DNA from: Octopus sinensis
Taxonomy: Eukaryota
Assembly (NCBI RefSeq): GCF_006345805.1
Contig: NC_043005.1
Span: forward strand, 7,564,001 to 7,628,000
Reading direction: 5' to 3'
DNA: 64,000 bases
Below, in pieces: positions 1-14,072 of the stretch (position 1 is the first letter of the stretch; each line of letters starts with the position of its first letter). A program made the translations under genes and the position numbers. A model generated the notes under the pieces. It ran no database searches and was not told the DNA's origin. It saw nothing but the letters and a program-made list of their open reading frames with translations.

Positions 1-311
1 GTAGTAAAGAAATAGGTATAAATATGTACATGAGAGTGGTTCTTGAACTTTTGGCATCCCCTTCCCCTTTCACCATGTTTGGGATGCTATTCCTCCCCAT
101 TGTCAGGTCATTCCTCATATTGATTATCCAAGTGAGGCATTCCAACCAATTTAGCTTTTTTCGGCAAAAGTTTCGGCAGAAGTTTCTGCAATTGGACCAC
201 TAGTATGCAAGGAAACCCACAATTTTAGTAGAAACACTGTCTTCTCCTCCTCCCCTGGAGGATTGCCATCCCTTTTCCTGAATCACTGGTAAATAACATG
301 ACAACAAAAAA

Positions 312-680
312 TCTTTATATATAAAAGTGAAGTTGTGTGTCAGTCTCCTGCAATTTAGATTCCTAACTACTCCCACATCTTGCGGTGCAGTTTAACCAAA
401 AGCGGTTATCTTATAGACGTGATTCATATTGAGCCCTTCTGGGTATTAGCGCGCGTCTACGATGAGTCTACGATTTAAAAAAAAATTTACCATCATTTTT
501 TCCCATTTTTAATGCATTTTTTTGGCTACGATGAGTCTACGAATTAAAAAAAAATTTTCCATAATTTTTCCGCATTTTTAATGCATTTTCGATCGATTTA
601 TATAAGGGAAGTAACTGTCTATAAATGCTTATATAGTTATTTCCCTTACAAACCCAAGCAACGCCGGGCGATACTGCTAG
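312..680 (+). mobile_element. Non-autonomous Helitron-like element
   Basis: 5' TC, 3' GC-rich hairpin (ccc.agcaacgccggg) then CTAG, inserted between A and T; near-identical copy at 47697-48080. Confidence 0.75.
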
Positions 681-929
681 TACTATATAAGAAACTATTC
701 ACAACAGCACACCGTCTGTCATTTTATATACAGCAAAGTAACCACCTCTTCTATGTTCGGCTTTGTTTTAGAGAGGGCAACTCTCATTTCTGGTGTGATA
801 TCCAGTCGATTTTGTGACTTAGTTTTGATGGCAAGGAAAGTGGAAAATGCGGTCTCACACATAGGTAGTTGGAAATGGCATTATATTGCATTAATAAATC
901 AAGCTATTGGAATTACTGCAGACTCCCTA

Positions 930-1390
930 GCTCACAGTATATGGACACAGATCATATGTCAGTAGCCAGCTGGAAAAGATGTCTTGCTAAGGCTAAAAAG
1001 TAGTAATATTGTCCTACGTAGGACTGCCACTTTGCATTGGCAAATAGACTTTACTGTACAGTACTGTTACTACTTATTTCTCGCTCAGAGATTTAAAACT
1101 AGTTGTTTTTCTCTTTATGAGATCAGCGACTGTGTGTTACTTTAAAAGTATATACTGTGAGCAAGTGCAAGTGGCTGCCATCTCTAGCCGATGGTTGTCT
1201 TGTACCAATGAAGGGAAATTACCCAGAAACCATTGATCTACAAGTATCGCTATGGCTAGAAAGGGAGCAATAGAGTCCCTTTCTTGCAATATACGGACAC
1301 AGATCATGTGTCAGTAACCAGCTGGAAAAGCTGTTACATCATCCTACATAGATCTGCCACTTTGCATTGGCAAGTAGACTTTACTGTAAA
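930..1390 (+). repeat. Diverged ~352-bp tandem repeat with degenerate hammerhead motif
   Basis: ggacacagatca..tgtcagta.ccagctggaaaag...gccactttgcattggca recurs at 943 and 1295; homologous to the 12.2-13.0 kb element. Confidence 0.65.
1199..1244 (+). ncRNA. Degenerate type I hammerhead ribozyme
   Basis: Stem I cttgta/tacaag; core CCAATGA (CTGATGA mutated); stem II ggg-aaatta-ccc; GAAAC; cattgaTC. Confidence 0.55.
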
Positions 1391-1911
1391 GATATGCTTG
1401 TTTTCTGTATAATGGACATAGAATGTGCTGGGGGATTGCCGTTGTCTGTTTCCAAATAGGAAACATATAGCTAGTGCACAGTGGTTAAAGCAAGATATAG
1501 TTTCATAGGAAGTTAGTTATTATAAACAGTTAGAAGTTCAAGGATGTAAGAAAACAGTAGATTAACTGTGGTAAGGACAAACAATAACAACTACTACTTA
1601 GAATGATAAGTAGACTAGAAGTTGTTTTAAATAATTGAAAACAAACCAGGATAAGCAATTTCCAAATTTCTCCATGGTCAGTCACAATTTTCAAGGGAAG
1701 CAGGAAGCAAACATCATTTGTGTGAGGGTGATGCTCTTTTACAACCATTATATGTTGTCAAGAAAATGCTTCACACATGTATCTACTTATCTTTCTATTA
1801 TCTATATATCTATCTACACACACACACACACACAATGACCCATTTCAGGTTTCCATCGACCAAATCTAGTCACATGGTTTTGGTCAACCTGAAGCTATAA
1901 TAAATGACAAG

Positions 1912-2135
1912 ACGGCAAGCTGGCAGAAACGTTAGCACGCCGGGCGAAATGCGTAGTCGTATTCCGTCTGTCGTTACGTTCTGAGTTCAAGTTCCGCCGA
2001 GGTCGACTTTGCCTTTCATCCTTTCGGGGTCGATAATTAAAGTACCAGTTTCGCACTGGGGTCTATGTAATCGACTTAATCCCTTTGTCCTTGTTTGTCC
2101 CCTCTATGTTTAGCCCCTTGTGGGTAGTAAAGAAA
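1912..2135 (+). mobile_element. tRNA-derived SINE family B
   Basis: Head gctggcagaaacgttagc..gagttcaa, body gcctttcatcctttcggggtcgataa..agtaccag; many copies in the window (e.g. 3549, 4837, 7858, 14525-, 44627-, 53505-). Confidence 0.8.
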
Positions 2136-2942
2136 TATATAATAGATGACACTTGCCCAATATGCCACACGGTGGGACTGAACCCACAACCACACTAGTG
2201 GTATTTTTCCATTGTACCATGGAGTCAAAAGCCTGTGAGAAATCAACAAACAGTGATATTGCTTCATGATTTCTGACTTTTACTCCTTCCAGTATTCCCT
2301 ATTCCTTCATTTCTTAATATAAATCATAAACAATTCATATTATTTAAGAAGTTTAATTAGAAAAAGATCTTCTTTGTTATATTCCAAGATGGTTATTTTC
2401 CCTCTTGCCAAATAAACACATGCACTATATATTCATTTTACACTCATTTATTATTGTTCTTATTTTATTTTACATCCATTGTCTGGAAATCTTTTATCAC
2501 ATACCCATGACCTCTTCAGTGACCCTTCCATCCCACGTGTCTCCTCCAGTGTGTTTATTTAGCAAGACACAAAATAACCATCCCGAAATACTGCAATATC
2601 TATTTCAACACACAATTTCACATCAGAGATCTTACAAAACAAATTCCACTGCTGGAATTCAAGCAAAAACTTCAGACTGTCCATATTTTAAACTCTGATT
2701 TTAAAATAATATTCAAAAAAGAGTGGAAATTTTATGTTTAAGTGGGAATAAAAATTGCACATCTGTAACTGCTCATAATCTGTGCAGTGTAAATACATGT
2801 AAGTCATGAGGATCATAATAATATGGTATGTAAAATTGCAAAATAAGAGAAAATAAATTTTGAGGATGAACAAGTCTCCATGTTCTATATTGTTATGATT
2901 ATTGCCAATATATCTATATATGTGTGTGTTTGTGTATATATA

Positions 2943-2979
<37 letters not shown>

Positions 2980-2981
<2 letters not shown>

Positions 2982-3135
2982 GAAATATTAAAATTACTAA
3001 GTCTCTCTAAAGGAGATTATGGCAGCGTTACTGGATATTAATAGTTATTGCCATACTAATATGGTAGTCTATAAATATAAAACTAAAGCTGTCGCTCTTG
3101 GAGCTAATCAGCAACAGCTTTAGTCTTATATTTAT
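2980..3135. repeat. Fold-back fragment related to 7419-7756
   Basis: Reverse complement of 7595-7722 joined to a short inverted arm (ataaatataa.actaaagctgt / acagctttagtcttatatttat). Confidence 0.75.
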
Positions 3136-3216
3136 GTGAAGACACATACAATAGAAATACAAACTGGCTGACAGTTAGTAAGGAGAGACACACAAATAAG
3201 AAAGAAGAAAGCAAAG

Positions 3217-3260
3217 GACCACTGATGTGGTCACAGCAGTGCGACGAAAGAACTCTGGCC
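3217..3260 (+). ncRNA. Degenerate minimal hammerhead-like motif
   Basis: acca-CTGATGT-g-gtcaca gcag tgcgac-GAAA-gaaCTC-tggc; the conserved A9 is replaced by T. Confidence 0.4.
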
Positions 3261-3372
3261 GAAATAAGATTAAGTTTAATGTAAAAAATAAATAACACTG
3301 AAGCAAAGTAACACCAAATATATAGTCCGTGTGTTTTTATTGGCTAAACTGGCAAAATGACCATTCCAAAAT

Positions 3373-6013
<2,641 letters not shown>

Positions 6014-6301
6014 CAATAATAAAAATTATTATTTTATCTATTATTTTCTCTAATTTATATATATATATATATATCATTATTATTATTATTATTACAAATT
6101 TGGAATTTTACCAATAGGACCACAATTTCAATTTCAGGACAACCTTATTTTCTGGAGTACACATAGAAAGTTATATCCAATATACTAAACTAATAATATA
6201 TGCATTTTAAAGCCTTCTATAACTTACAATAATATTAAAGTATAATAGAATTAATTTAAAATTGTTTAAACATATTTGAAAAATATATATACCTTACCAT
6301 A

Positions 6302-6705
6302 GGCATAGGAGTGGCTGTGTGGTAAGTAGCTTGCTAACCAACCACATGGTTCCGGGTTCAGTCCCACTGCATGGCATCTTGGGCAAGTGTCTTCTGCTAT
6401 AGCCTCAGGCCAACCAATGCCTTGTGAGTGGATTTGGTAGACGGAAACTGAAAGAAGCCTGTCGTATATATGTATATATGTGTGTGTGTGTATATGTTTG
6501 TGTGTCTGTGTTTGTACCCCCCAACATTGCTTGACAACCGATGCTGGTGTGTTTACGTCCCCGTAACTTAGTGGTTCGGTAAAAGAGACCGATAGAATAA
6601 GTATTGGGCTTACAAAGAATAAGTCCTGGGGTCGATTTGCTCGACTAAAAGGCAGTACTCCAGCATGGCCGCAGTAAAATGACTGAAACAAGTAAAAGAG
6701 TAAAA
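6302..6705 (+). mobile_element. tRNA-derived SINE family A
   Basis: ggagtggctgtgtggtaag (A box), ggttcagtccc (B box), internal TA/TG tract, agtaaaag tail. Confidence 0.85.
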
Positions 6706-6827
6706 GTAACTTACTAATATATTTTTACAAAATTTTTAAAATTCATAAAAATTTAATAAAATTAAACACCTAAAAATGCAATAGCAATATATACATAGAA
6801 AGTGGTAAATATAAAGAAACTCTCTCT

Positions 6828-7226
6828 TTTACTTTACTCTTTTACTTGTTTCAGTCATTTGACTGCGGCCATGCTGGAGCACCGCTTTTAGTCAAGCAAA
6901 TCGACCCCGGGACTTATTCTTTGTAAGCCCAGTACTTATTCTATCAGTCTCTTTTGCCGAACCGCTAAGTGACGGGGATGTAAACACACCAGCATCGGTT
7001 GTCAAGCAATGCTAGGGGGACAAACACACACACACACATACACATACATATATATACATATATACGACAGGCTTCTTTCAGTTTCCGTCACCCAAATCCA
7101 CTCACAAGGCATTGGTCGGCCCGGGGCTATAGCAGAAGACACTTGCCCAAGATGCCATGCAGTGGGACTGAACCCAGAACTATGTGGTTGGTTAGCAAGC
7201 TACTTACCACACAGCCACTTCTACGC
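6828..7226 (-). mobile_element. SINE family A
   Basis: Reverse complement of 6302-6705; tail-to-tail pair. Confidence 0.85.
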
Positions 7227-7418
7227 TTATTATTTTATAAACACATCAAATTATACCACCTATCTATATAAACATTACGGGAATTGATAATTTATTGTAA
7301 GAATTACCTTTATCAATACTAGAGTAAATTACTATTATTATGTCAAACGTAAGTTTATAATATTTAAAAAGCAAAAAAAAATGACCATCCTAAAATACTA
7401 CAATATGCCATGCTGGAG

Positions 7419-7756
7419 CACTTCGTTGATATATATATATATATATTAATAGTTATCGCCATACTAATATGGCAGTCTATAAATATAAGACTAAAGCTGT
7501 CGCTAATTAGCTCCAAAAGGCCATCACCTCTAGCTAGCTATATGACATACGAACCTGCGTTCATATATAGCTAGCTAGAGGCGATGGCCTCTTGGAGCTA
7601 ATCAGCGACAGCTTTAGTCTTATATTTATAGACTGCCATATTAGTATGGCGATAACTATTAATATCCAGTAACACTGCCATAATCTCCTTTAGAGAGACT
7701 TAGTAATTTTTTAATATTTCTAATATATATATATATATATATATATCAACGGAGTG
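7419..7756. repeat. Fold-back element with ~103-bp arms
   Basis: 7443-7545 is the near-perfect reverse complement of 7561-7665; outer arms cacttcgttga(ta)n / (ta)tcaacggagtg. Confidence 0.85.
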
Positions 7757-7840
7757 ATATAGTAAAATAAGGATTCAGATAGAATCAGGTTCTTGAAAGG
7801 ATATGCACCAGGTAGGGCTGAAAAGACCTGTGGTTCCAGG

Positions 7841-8248
7841 GTTGGCTGTGTGGTAAGCTCAAATTCCGCCGAGGTCAACTTTGCCTTTCATATTAAATTA
7901 AGTACCAGTTGCTGCATACTGGGGTCGATCTAATCGACTGGCCCTCTCCTCAAACATTTCGGGCCTTGGGTAGAAAAGTAGCTTGTTTACCAACCACATG
8001 GTTTTTGGTTCAGTCCCACTATGTAGCACCATGGACAAGTGTCTTCTACTATAGCCTAGGGCCAAAAAAGGCCTTGTGAGTGGATTTGGTAGACGGAAAC
8101 TGAAAGAAGCCCATCGTATGTATATACGGCAAAAGAGACTGATAGTATAAGTACTATGCTTACAAAGAATAAGGATTGGGGTCAGTTTGTTCGACTAAAG
8201 GTGGTGCTCCAGCATGGCCACAGTCAAATGCCTGAAACAAGTAAAAGA
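7841..8248 (+). mobile_element. SINE family A with nested SINE family B fragment (7858-7978)
   Basis: Family A head interrupted after gtggtaag by ctcaaattccgccgagg...; resumes at aagtagcttg. Confidence 0.75.
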
Positions 8249-8268
8249 ATATATATATATATATATAT

Positions 8269-9776
8269 CCTGATGGGCTGGAGGCTTTTCCTGGCTTCAT
8301 ACCCTTAATTGCTTTATCTACCAGGGAGCTGTCTATTGGGATAGCTGGTCCCTCAACTGGGTCAACATTTGACAGGCTCTCTTCTTCCCATTCATTCTCC
8401 ACGTTCAGCAGTCTTTCATAGTGGCTTCTCCAATCCTCTTTCTTTACAGAATCATTAAATGCAAGTGCACCATCATCCATGCGGACACATTTCTCTTCTG
8501 TGACATCACAATTTTCTCTCACACACTGTCTTGCAATCCAAAATACCTCAGTTCTTTGGTCCTCACATCGCTGGACATTGGCAAACTTCTTTTCTGCTTT
8601 GCCCTTGGCTATGTATACCTGCCGCTCAGGCTTTCCAGGCCTGTTTCTTTGCTCTAATGGCTCTACCATACTATTCCACCACCACATAACTCTAGGTCTA
8701 GAAGGGACTTTGCACCATCCGCATATTTGGTCTGTGGCACTCAGCAAGCTGTCCGGTAGGAATTTCCAGCTATCTTCTATGTGCCATGTCTGCAGCTCCT
8801 CCTCCTTCTCATCAAATTTCTTGATGCGGATATCCCTAAATCTCTGACCATGTGAAGGGTTCTTTAGCTTCCAAATCCTTCTTTTTGGGATTGGTCTACT
8901 TCTTGGTATCCATTTGGCCTCGAGCCTAAAGTCAGTAATGGCTAGCCTATGCTGGGGGGATACATTCTTCACCCGGGAGGGTCTTTGTATTTAAGAACAT
9001 CCCTGTGTCCCGCTGTCTGGTGAGGATGAAACCAACCTGGCTAGCAGAGTCGTGTGACTGATAGGTTATCAGGTGGCTGTCTGGTTTCCCCTGAAGTTAG
9101 TGTTGCAGATTAAAAGGTTACATGCATCACAGAACTCTAGTCGCCTAGTTCGCTTGTCGTTTTGGAAAGCAATACCATGGCCCCCGTGTACACCAGTGAA
9201 GATACCAGATTGCCGCCCAGCATGCCCATTAAAATCTCCAGCCGCAAAGATGAAGTCATTGCCACTCATCTTTGAGGTAGCCTGTAGAAGGGTATCATAA
9301 AAGTGGTCCTTCTGATCATTTGATAGGCCCGCTTGTGGGGCGTAGGCAGAGATAATTGTAGCTGTGCTGTTCTGCAGGACTAGCCTGAGCTAAAGCACAC
9401 TATTGCATACTCTGACAACCTCTATGACTTTATCTACCCATTTCTCCACAAGGAGTATGCCTACATCCCCCTCTCCATCCATCTTACCTTGCCAGAAGAT
9501 TTTGTACCTATGTGCCTTGCCTGTGAGGACCTTAGCTGAAGCTCCTCTCCACCTTACCTCTTGTATGCAGCATACATTGACACGTCTCCTTTCAAGCATC
9601 TCTACAATCTCACTAGACCTAGTTTTCAGTGTGCCTACATTGACTGTGTCGACTCTGAAAACTGGGAAAGGAATGTGAGGTGAGGCTTGTGGAGGAGAGA
9701 TATTATTCAGTGTCAGAAAAGAAGAGGAAGGTTGTCGGGTTCGTTTTTTAGTCATGCTTCATCTGTTCTCACTTCC
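8269..9776 (-). mobile_element. RTE-clade LINE, 5' part (AP endonuclease), disrupted and 3'-truncated
   Basis: ORFs with NVGTL..CIQEVRW, AGDFNGH, QHRLAITDF, WWWNS; stops and frameshifts; ends at a (TA)n tract. Confidence 0.85.
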
Positions 9777-11029
9777 GACCTAACATCATTCATACATTCA
9801 AGTGTGTTAGGATTAAGATCGTTACCCCTACAAGAGATAGGACTAGGAGTTTTAGGTGTTAGCGGCATTGTGAGCATAAGCATTATGGTCATGGTAAGGT
9901 GGGAGGGGTGATTTCAGACAGAAAGAGAGGAAGCAAGTTCATCCATTGTCATCATAAGAGGTGGGTGATTTCAGACAGAGAGAGGAAGCGAGTTCATCTA
10001 TACATACACACAAGCATGCACGCACACAGACACAGGTGGAAAGGTAACAAGTTCATCCTTACATACACACAGCACGCATGCATACAGACACAAGCAAACA
10101 AGCACACACATACAGCCCATTAGCTGTCTCCTTCACTTGATATGTGCAAAAAAAAATTACTGGGTAGTTGTTGGAATATTTCTAGACGGGATGAAATGAA
10201 ATGAAGGATAGTCAGTTAAGTAGGTGGGCAGATAACCTAGTTGCATTTTGCGGGGAGAGAGTGGGGGTGCAGATAGTATAGAGAACAGCACCAGAGAAGA
10301 AGGGGGACTGAGAGAAGAGACATCTGGTAATGGTGGTGAGAAATCGCTAGACAGAACGAAACGAAATGAAGGGCAACTGAATTAGTTGCATATGCCCCAG
10401 GAGAGAGAGAGAGAGAGAGAGTGCAGGTAATATATAGAAAACAGCCCAGTGAGGAGAAGTAGTGAAGAGAAGAGACATCAGGTAATGGTGGTGGGAGGAG
10501 AGAGAGATATCCAGTGTTGATGGTGAGAAGATAGAGATAAAGATCAGGGTAAAGATCAAGATATCCAGTATTGGTGGTGGGGTGGGACAGGGTGGGCGCA
10601 CCGTGAACAAACGAGTTTAATTTGGGAAAAATGGTATGAGCATCTATCGTAAGTATCAGGGATGTTTAGTATAATATACATTCATAGTGTTTATGGCAGA
10701 TGAGAAATTAAAATAGAGAAACAAAAAATAAGAAATTAAACAGGCCAAGATACAAGTAATTATCCTAATTTAATTAGTTAGCTTCTGAGAAAAATTAATT
10801 ATTAATAAACAGTACATTTAAATAGTGAACATTACATTTAAAGTGTTAATGGCGAATGGATGAATGAAGGATTGAAAAATGAGGCTTAGCTTAGCTTAGC
10901 AATGCATGATAATCATTTGGTGATTGGGCAAGAATACATGAGAAAATTGAATAGTAGGGGGCACGTAGGACAGGGATTTTAAAACAGATAAATGCAACCA
11001 GAAGCTAGTTTAGGGGAGATGGTTGGAGG

Positions 11030-11392
11030 CAGTTGGATGGAACCTACACTCGCCTCCTTATGAGAGCTCAAAATCTCTCGTGGAAGCGCCATCCAACCAA
11101 AATGCAAATATATGGGAAACTACCACCTGTGTCATCTCTTGTGAAAGGTGGGAGAGTCCAGTTTGCTGGACATTGTTGTAGAGCTGAAAAAGAGGTAATT
11201 TCTACTCTTCTCCTCTGGAAGCCATCTACTCGCAATACCAGAGGGCGCACACTCTCCTACCCTGATGTAATCTCCAGAGATACAGGCATCCAGCAACAGG
11301 ACCTCCGTAATGCCATGATGGACCGTGAAGTCTGGCGTAGCATGGTAAATTCCATTGTCTCGACCATGGTCGAACAATGATGATAATGATGG
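11030..11392 (+). mobile_element. RTE-type LINE 3' end (second copy 20127-20410, minus)
   Basis: ORF ..RVQFAGHCCR..MMDREVWR ending in a (GAT)n tail. Confidence 0.75.
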
Positions 11393-12021
11393 AGATGGTA
11401 CGAGGATCAAATGAAAGGAGCAGGAGTGTTTTGTATAGTATACATTCATAATGTTCATGGCGGATGAGAAATTAAACTAGAGTGCGAATTATGCTATTTC
11501 TTGCACAAATTTACAGCTCAAATCCAATTGAAATGATCTTTTTCTATTTTGTAATTTGTGTTTGTGATGAGCGTATTTAAAACACCTGATCTTCAATATA
11601 AACTTAAAAGGAAGTTTTTCCAGAAATCCTGTCCTTTACCTTTTCTTTCGAGCATATCTGAGGTGACATTTCTGTCCCCACCCCCTTATATTGTTTCCTA
11701 AATTTCTTCCGATTCCTATGTTTACGACACAGAACATTAGGACTTCACCCACAAAACATGTTCTCAAGATTTTCATTTTCTCCCTCTCCACACCAAATTC
11801 ATTTTTTTACTTCTTTCAAATTTTTACTCTTGGTAAGCTATGAAGCAAAAAACAGAGAGTACAAATCTTTAAGAATTTTACCCATATACACACTCCCAAT
11901 GTTTCGCTTTTAGCTTTTTGGAAAGCAGGGAAGTTTCGTCAGAAATAATGTCATTTACCTGTTGTTTCTAGCATGTTGGCTTTTCTGATGGTGGTTTGGT
12001 ATTTTTTAAGTCTGCTATTTC

Positions 12022-12045
12022 AGTAGAATTCTGCGCATGCGGAAA
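12022..12045. promoter_or_regulatory. NRF1-like palindrome TGCGCATGCG upstream of a putative minus-strand first exon
   Basis: ctgcgcatgcgg at ~12031-12042; minus-strand donor cag|gtaaat at ~11958. Confidence 0.3.
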
Positions 12046-12393
12046 ACATTAGACAAAAGTGAAAGATTAAGAGATTTTAGCTTTTTGAAACCTGGTAGGT
12101 GATGGGTGGGCAAGGTGGGGGAAGGGCATTGAGTGTTTCTGTAAGAAAAATTAAACTATAAAATATATATATATATATATATAATGATAAATATCAAAGT
12201 GAGTTATATACAGTAGCGGTAACACATCATGACGTATTTTTGCCATTTCAATATGGCTAACCCCTAAGGGTGGATGCTACTGTAGTTTTTAGCCCCAGGA
12301 GGACACACTCCTCCAGCTGGCCATAGACACACTATCTGTGTCCTGTCAGTATTTGCAAAGGGAAGTCATCCTTCCCGTCTTCAACTTATGATA

Positions 12394-12438
12394 CACACGG
12401 ACTCGAGTTTCGAGGTATTGACCTCTCGTCAGCGTGTG
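12394..12438 (-). ncRNA. Type I hammerhead ribozyme
   Basis: Reverse complement reads cacacg-CTGACGA-gagg tcaata cctc-GAAA-ctcgag-TC-cgtgtg; full catalytic core. Confidence 0.88.
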
Positions 12439-12732
12439 ACAATCATAGTTGTCGCCGAGAATTAGATTTCCTTCACAAATGCCTATACTTTTTCCAGCGC
12501 CCACTGTCGCTGATATTGAAAAAGTGAAATCAAACAATGATAAATATCAAAGTGAGTTATATACAGTAGCGGTAACACATCATGACGTATTTTTGCCATT
12601 TCAATATGGCTAACTCCTAAGGGTGGATGCTACTGTAGTTTTTAGCCCCAGGAGGACACACTCCTCCAGCTGGCCATAGACACACTATCTGTGTCCTGTC
12701 AGTATTTGCAAAGGGAAGACAACTATGATTGT

Positions 12733-12777
12733 CACACGCTGACGAGAGGTCAATACCTCGAAACTCGAGTCCGTGTG
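12733..12777 (+). ncRNA. Type I hammerhead ribozyme
   Basis: Stem I cacacg/cgtgtg, CTGACGA 12739-45, stem II gagg/cctc, GAAA 12760-63, palindromic stem III actcgagt, GUC cleavage after 12771. Confidence 0.9.
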
Positions 12778-12975
12778 TATCATAAGTTGAAGACGGGAAG
12801 GATGACTTCCCTTTGCAAATACTGACAGGACACAGATAGTGTGTCTATGGCCAGCTGGAGGAGTGTGTCCTCCTGGGGCTAAAAACTACAGTAGCATCCA
12901 CCCTTAGGGGTTAGCCATATTGAAATGGCAAAAATACGTCATGATGTGTTACCGCTACTGTATATAACTCACTTC

Positions 12976-14072
12976 AAGGAAATAACTCCATTCTGCTTTC
13001 TTGCATAGAGAAAATCAAAATTTCAACGGGAAACTATTATTTTGGTTGAATCTTGGAAGACGGGAATTTGCAGTTTCATTCCTTAGCAAGCATATCCACT
13101 AAGCTTCTTGATGATGACTTAACAGTTGATGTTGATCATTTGAAGCAGTTACATAATGATATGGAAATTCGCTTCTCTGATCTACTCCAAATGTTAGTGC
13201 CACAATGGTTTGTGGATCTCGTCATTGTTGATCCATCTGAAGTTGATATTGACATACAAGAAAGCTTCATTGAATTTCAAAATAACACAGCAGCTCTAGC
13301 TAGGTTCAAGTATGGAGGATACCAGAAGCTGAGGATGAATGAAGAGATCTCTAAAAAGTACCCATTACTCTGGAAAAATGTTAAGTTGCTTTTACTCGGT
13401 TTTCCCACATCTTATTTAATTGATTCAAGTTTCAGTCGGGTGATGTGTCTGCTGTCAAAGACTCGAAATTGCTTTGACTTAGAAAAAAGAGGAGATTTAC
13501 GCCTCTCACTGACAGCTTTGAAACAAACTAAACATTGAAAAGTTGGTAACCCTGCATTAGTCACAAAATTCCCATTGAAATCAGGCAATATAAACTAAAA
13601 TTGTTATATTTTTTGCTTTGTAAATGTAAATAAATTTATTCAAATGAAATATTTATTCAACTATTTTTTTTTTTTTGTTTACAAGTGGGTTGGATGTTTG
13701 ATGCAAAATTATATTTCTTTCAACTTCTCTAGATGCATTAAGTTGAGGGACAGAGTGGGGATAAAAACTTAAATTAGCATGGGGGCCATAACAATTTCAC
13801 ATTGAATTAACCCTTTCGTTACTGTATTTATTTTGAGATGCTCTGTGTTTCTTCCAATCATTTTAAATATAACAAAGAATTTAGTAAAATAACATCGTTA
13901 TCATTAAGCTAGTGTTAGGAACATAAATTGTGACTAAGATTTGGTGGAAGATTTGAATTCAAAACTTATGAAAACAAGAGATTCATACTAAAGAGCCAGA
14001 GCCGGTTTCAGCCAGGTTGGTAACGAAAGGGTTAAAGGGGGCCACAACCAGAATGAAATTGAGAAACACTAG
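12976..14072 (+). mobile_element. hAT (Charlie/Buster-like) transposon 3' remnant
   Basis: ORF 13053-13538 with YPLLW..LLLGFPTSYL..GDLRLSLT (hAT C-terminal dimerisation region); end motif ttgagaaacactag. Confidence 0.75.
13811..14031. mobile_element. piggyBac-type MITE
   Basis: TTAA|ccctttcgttac ... gtaacgaaaggg|TTAA; 221 bp. Confidence 0.85.

Larger units (their letters stand above)
12183..12974. mobile_element. Hammerhead-bearing non-coding element: 1.5 tandem 353-bp units plus inverted truncated copy (retrozyme / Penelope pLTR-like)
   Basis: Units start at 12183 and 12536; 12718-12974 is the reverse complement of ~12197-12453; inserted next to (TA)n. Confidence 0.85.
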
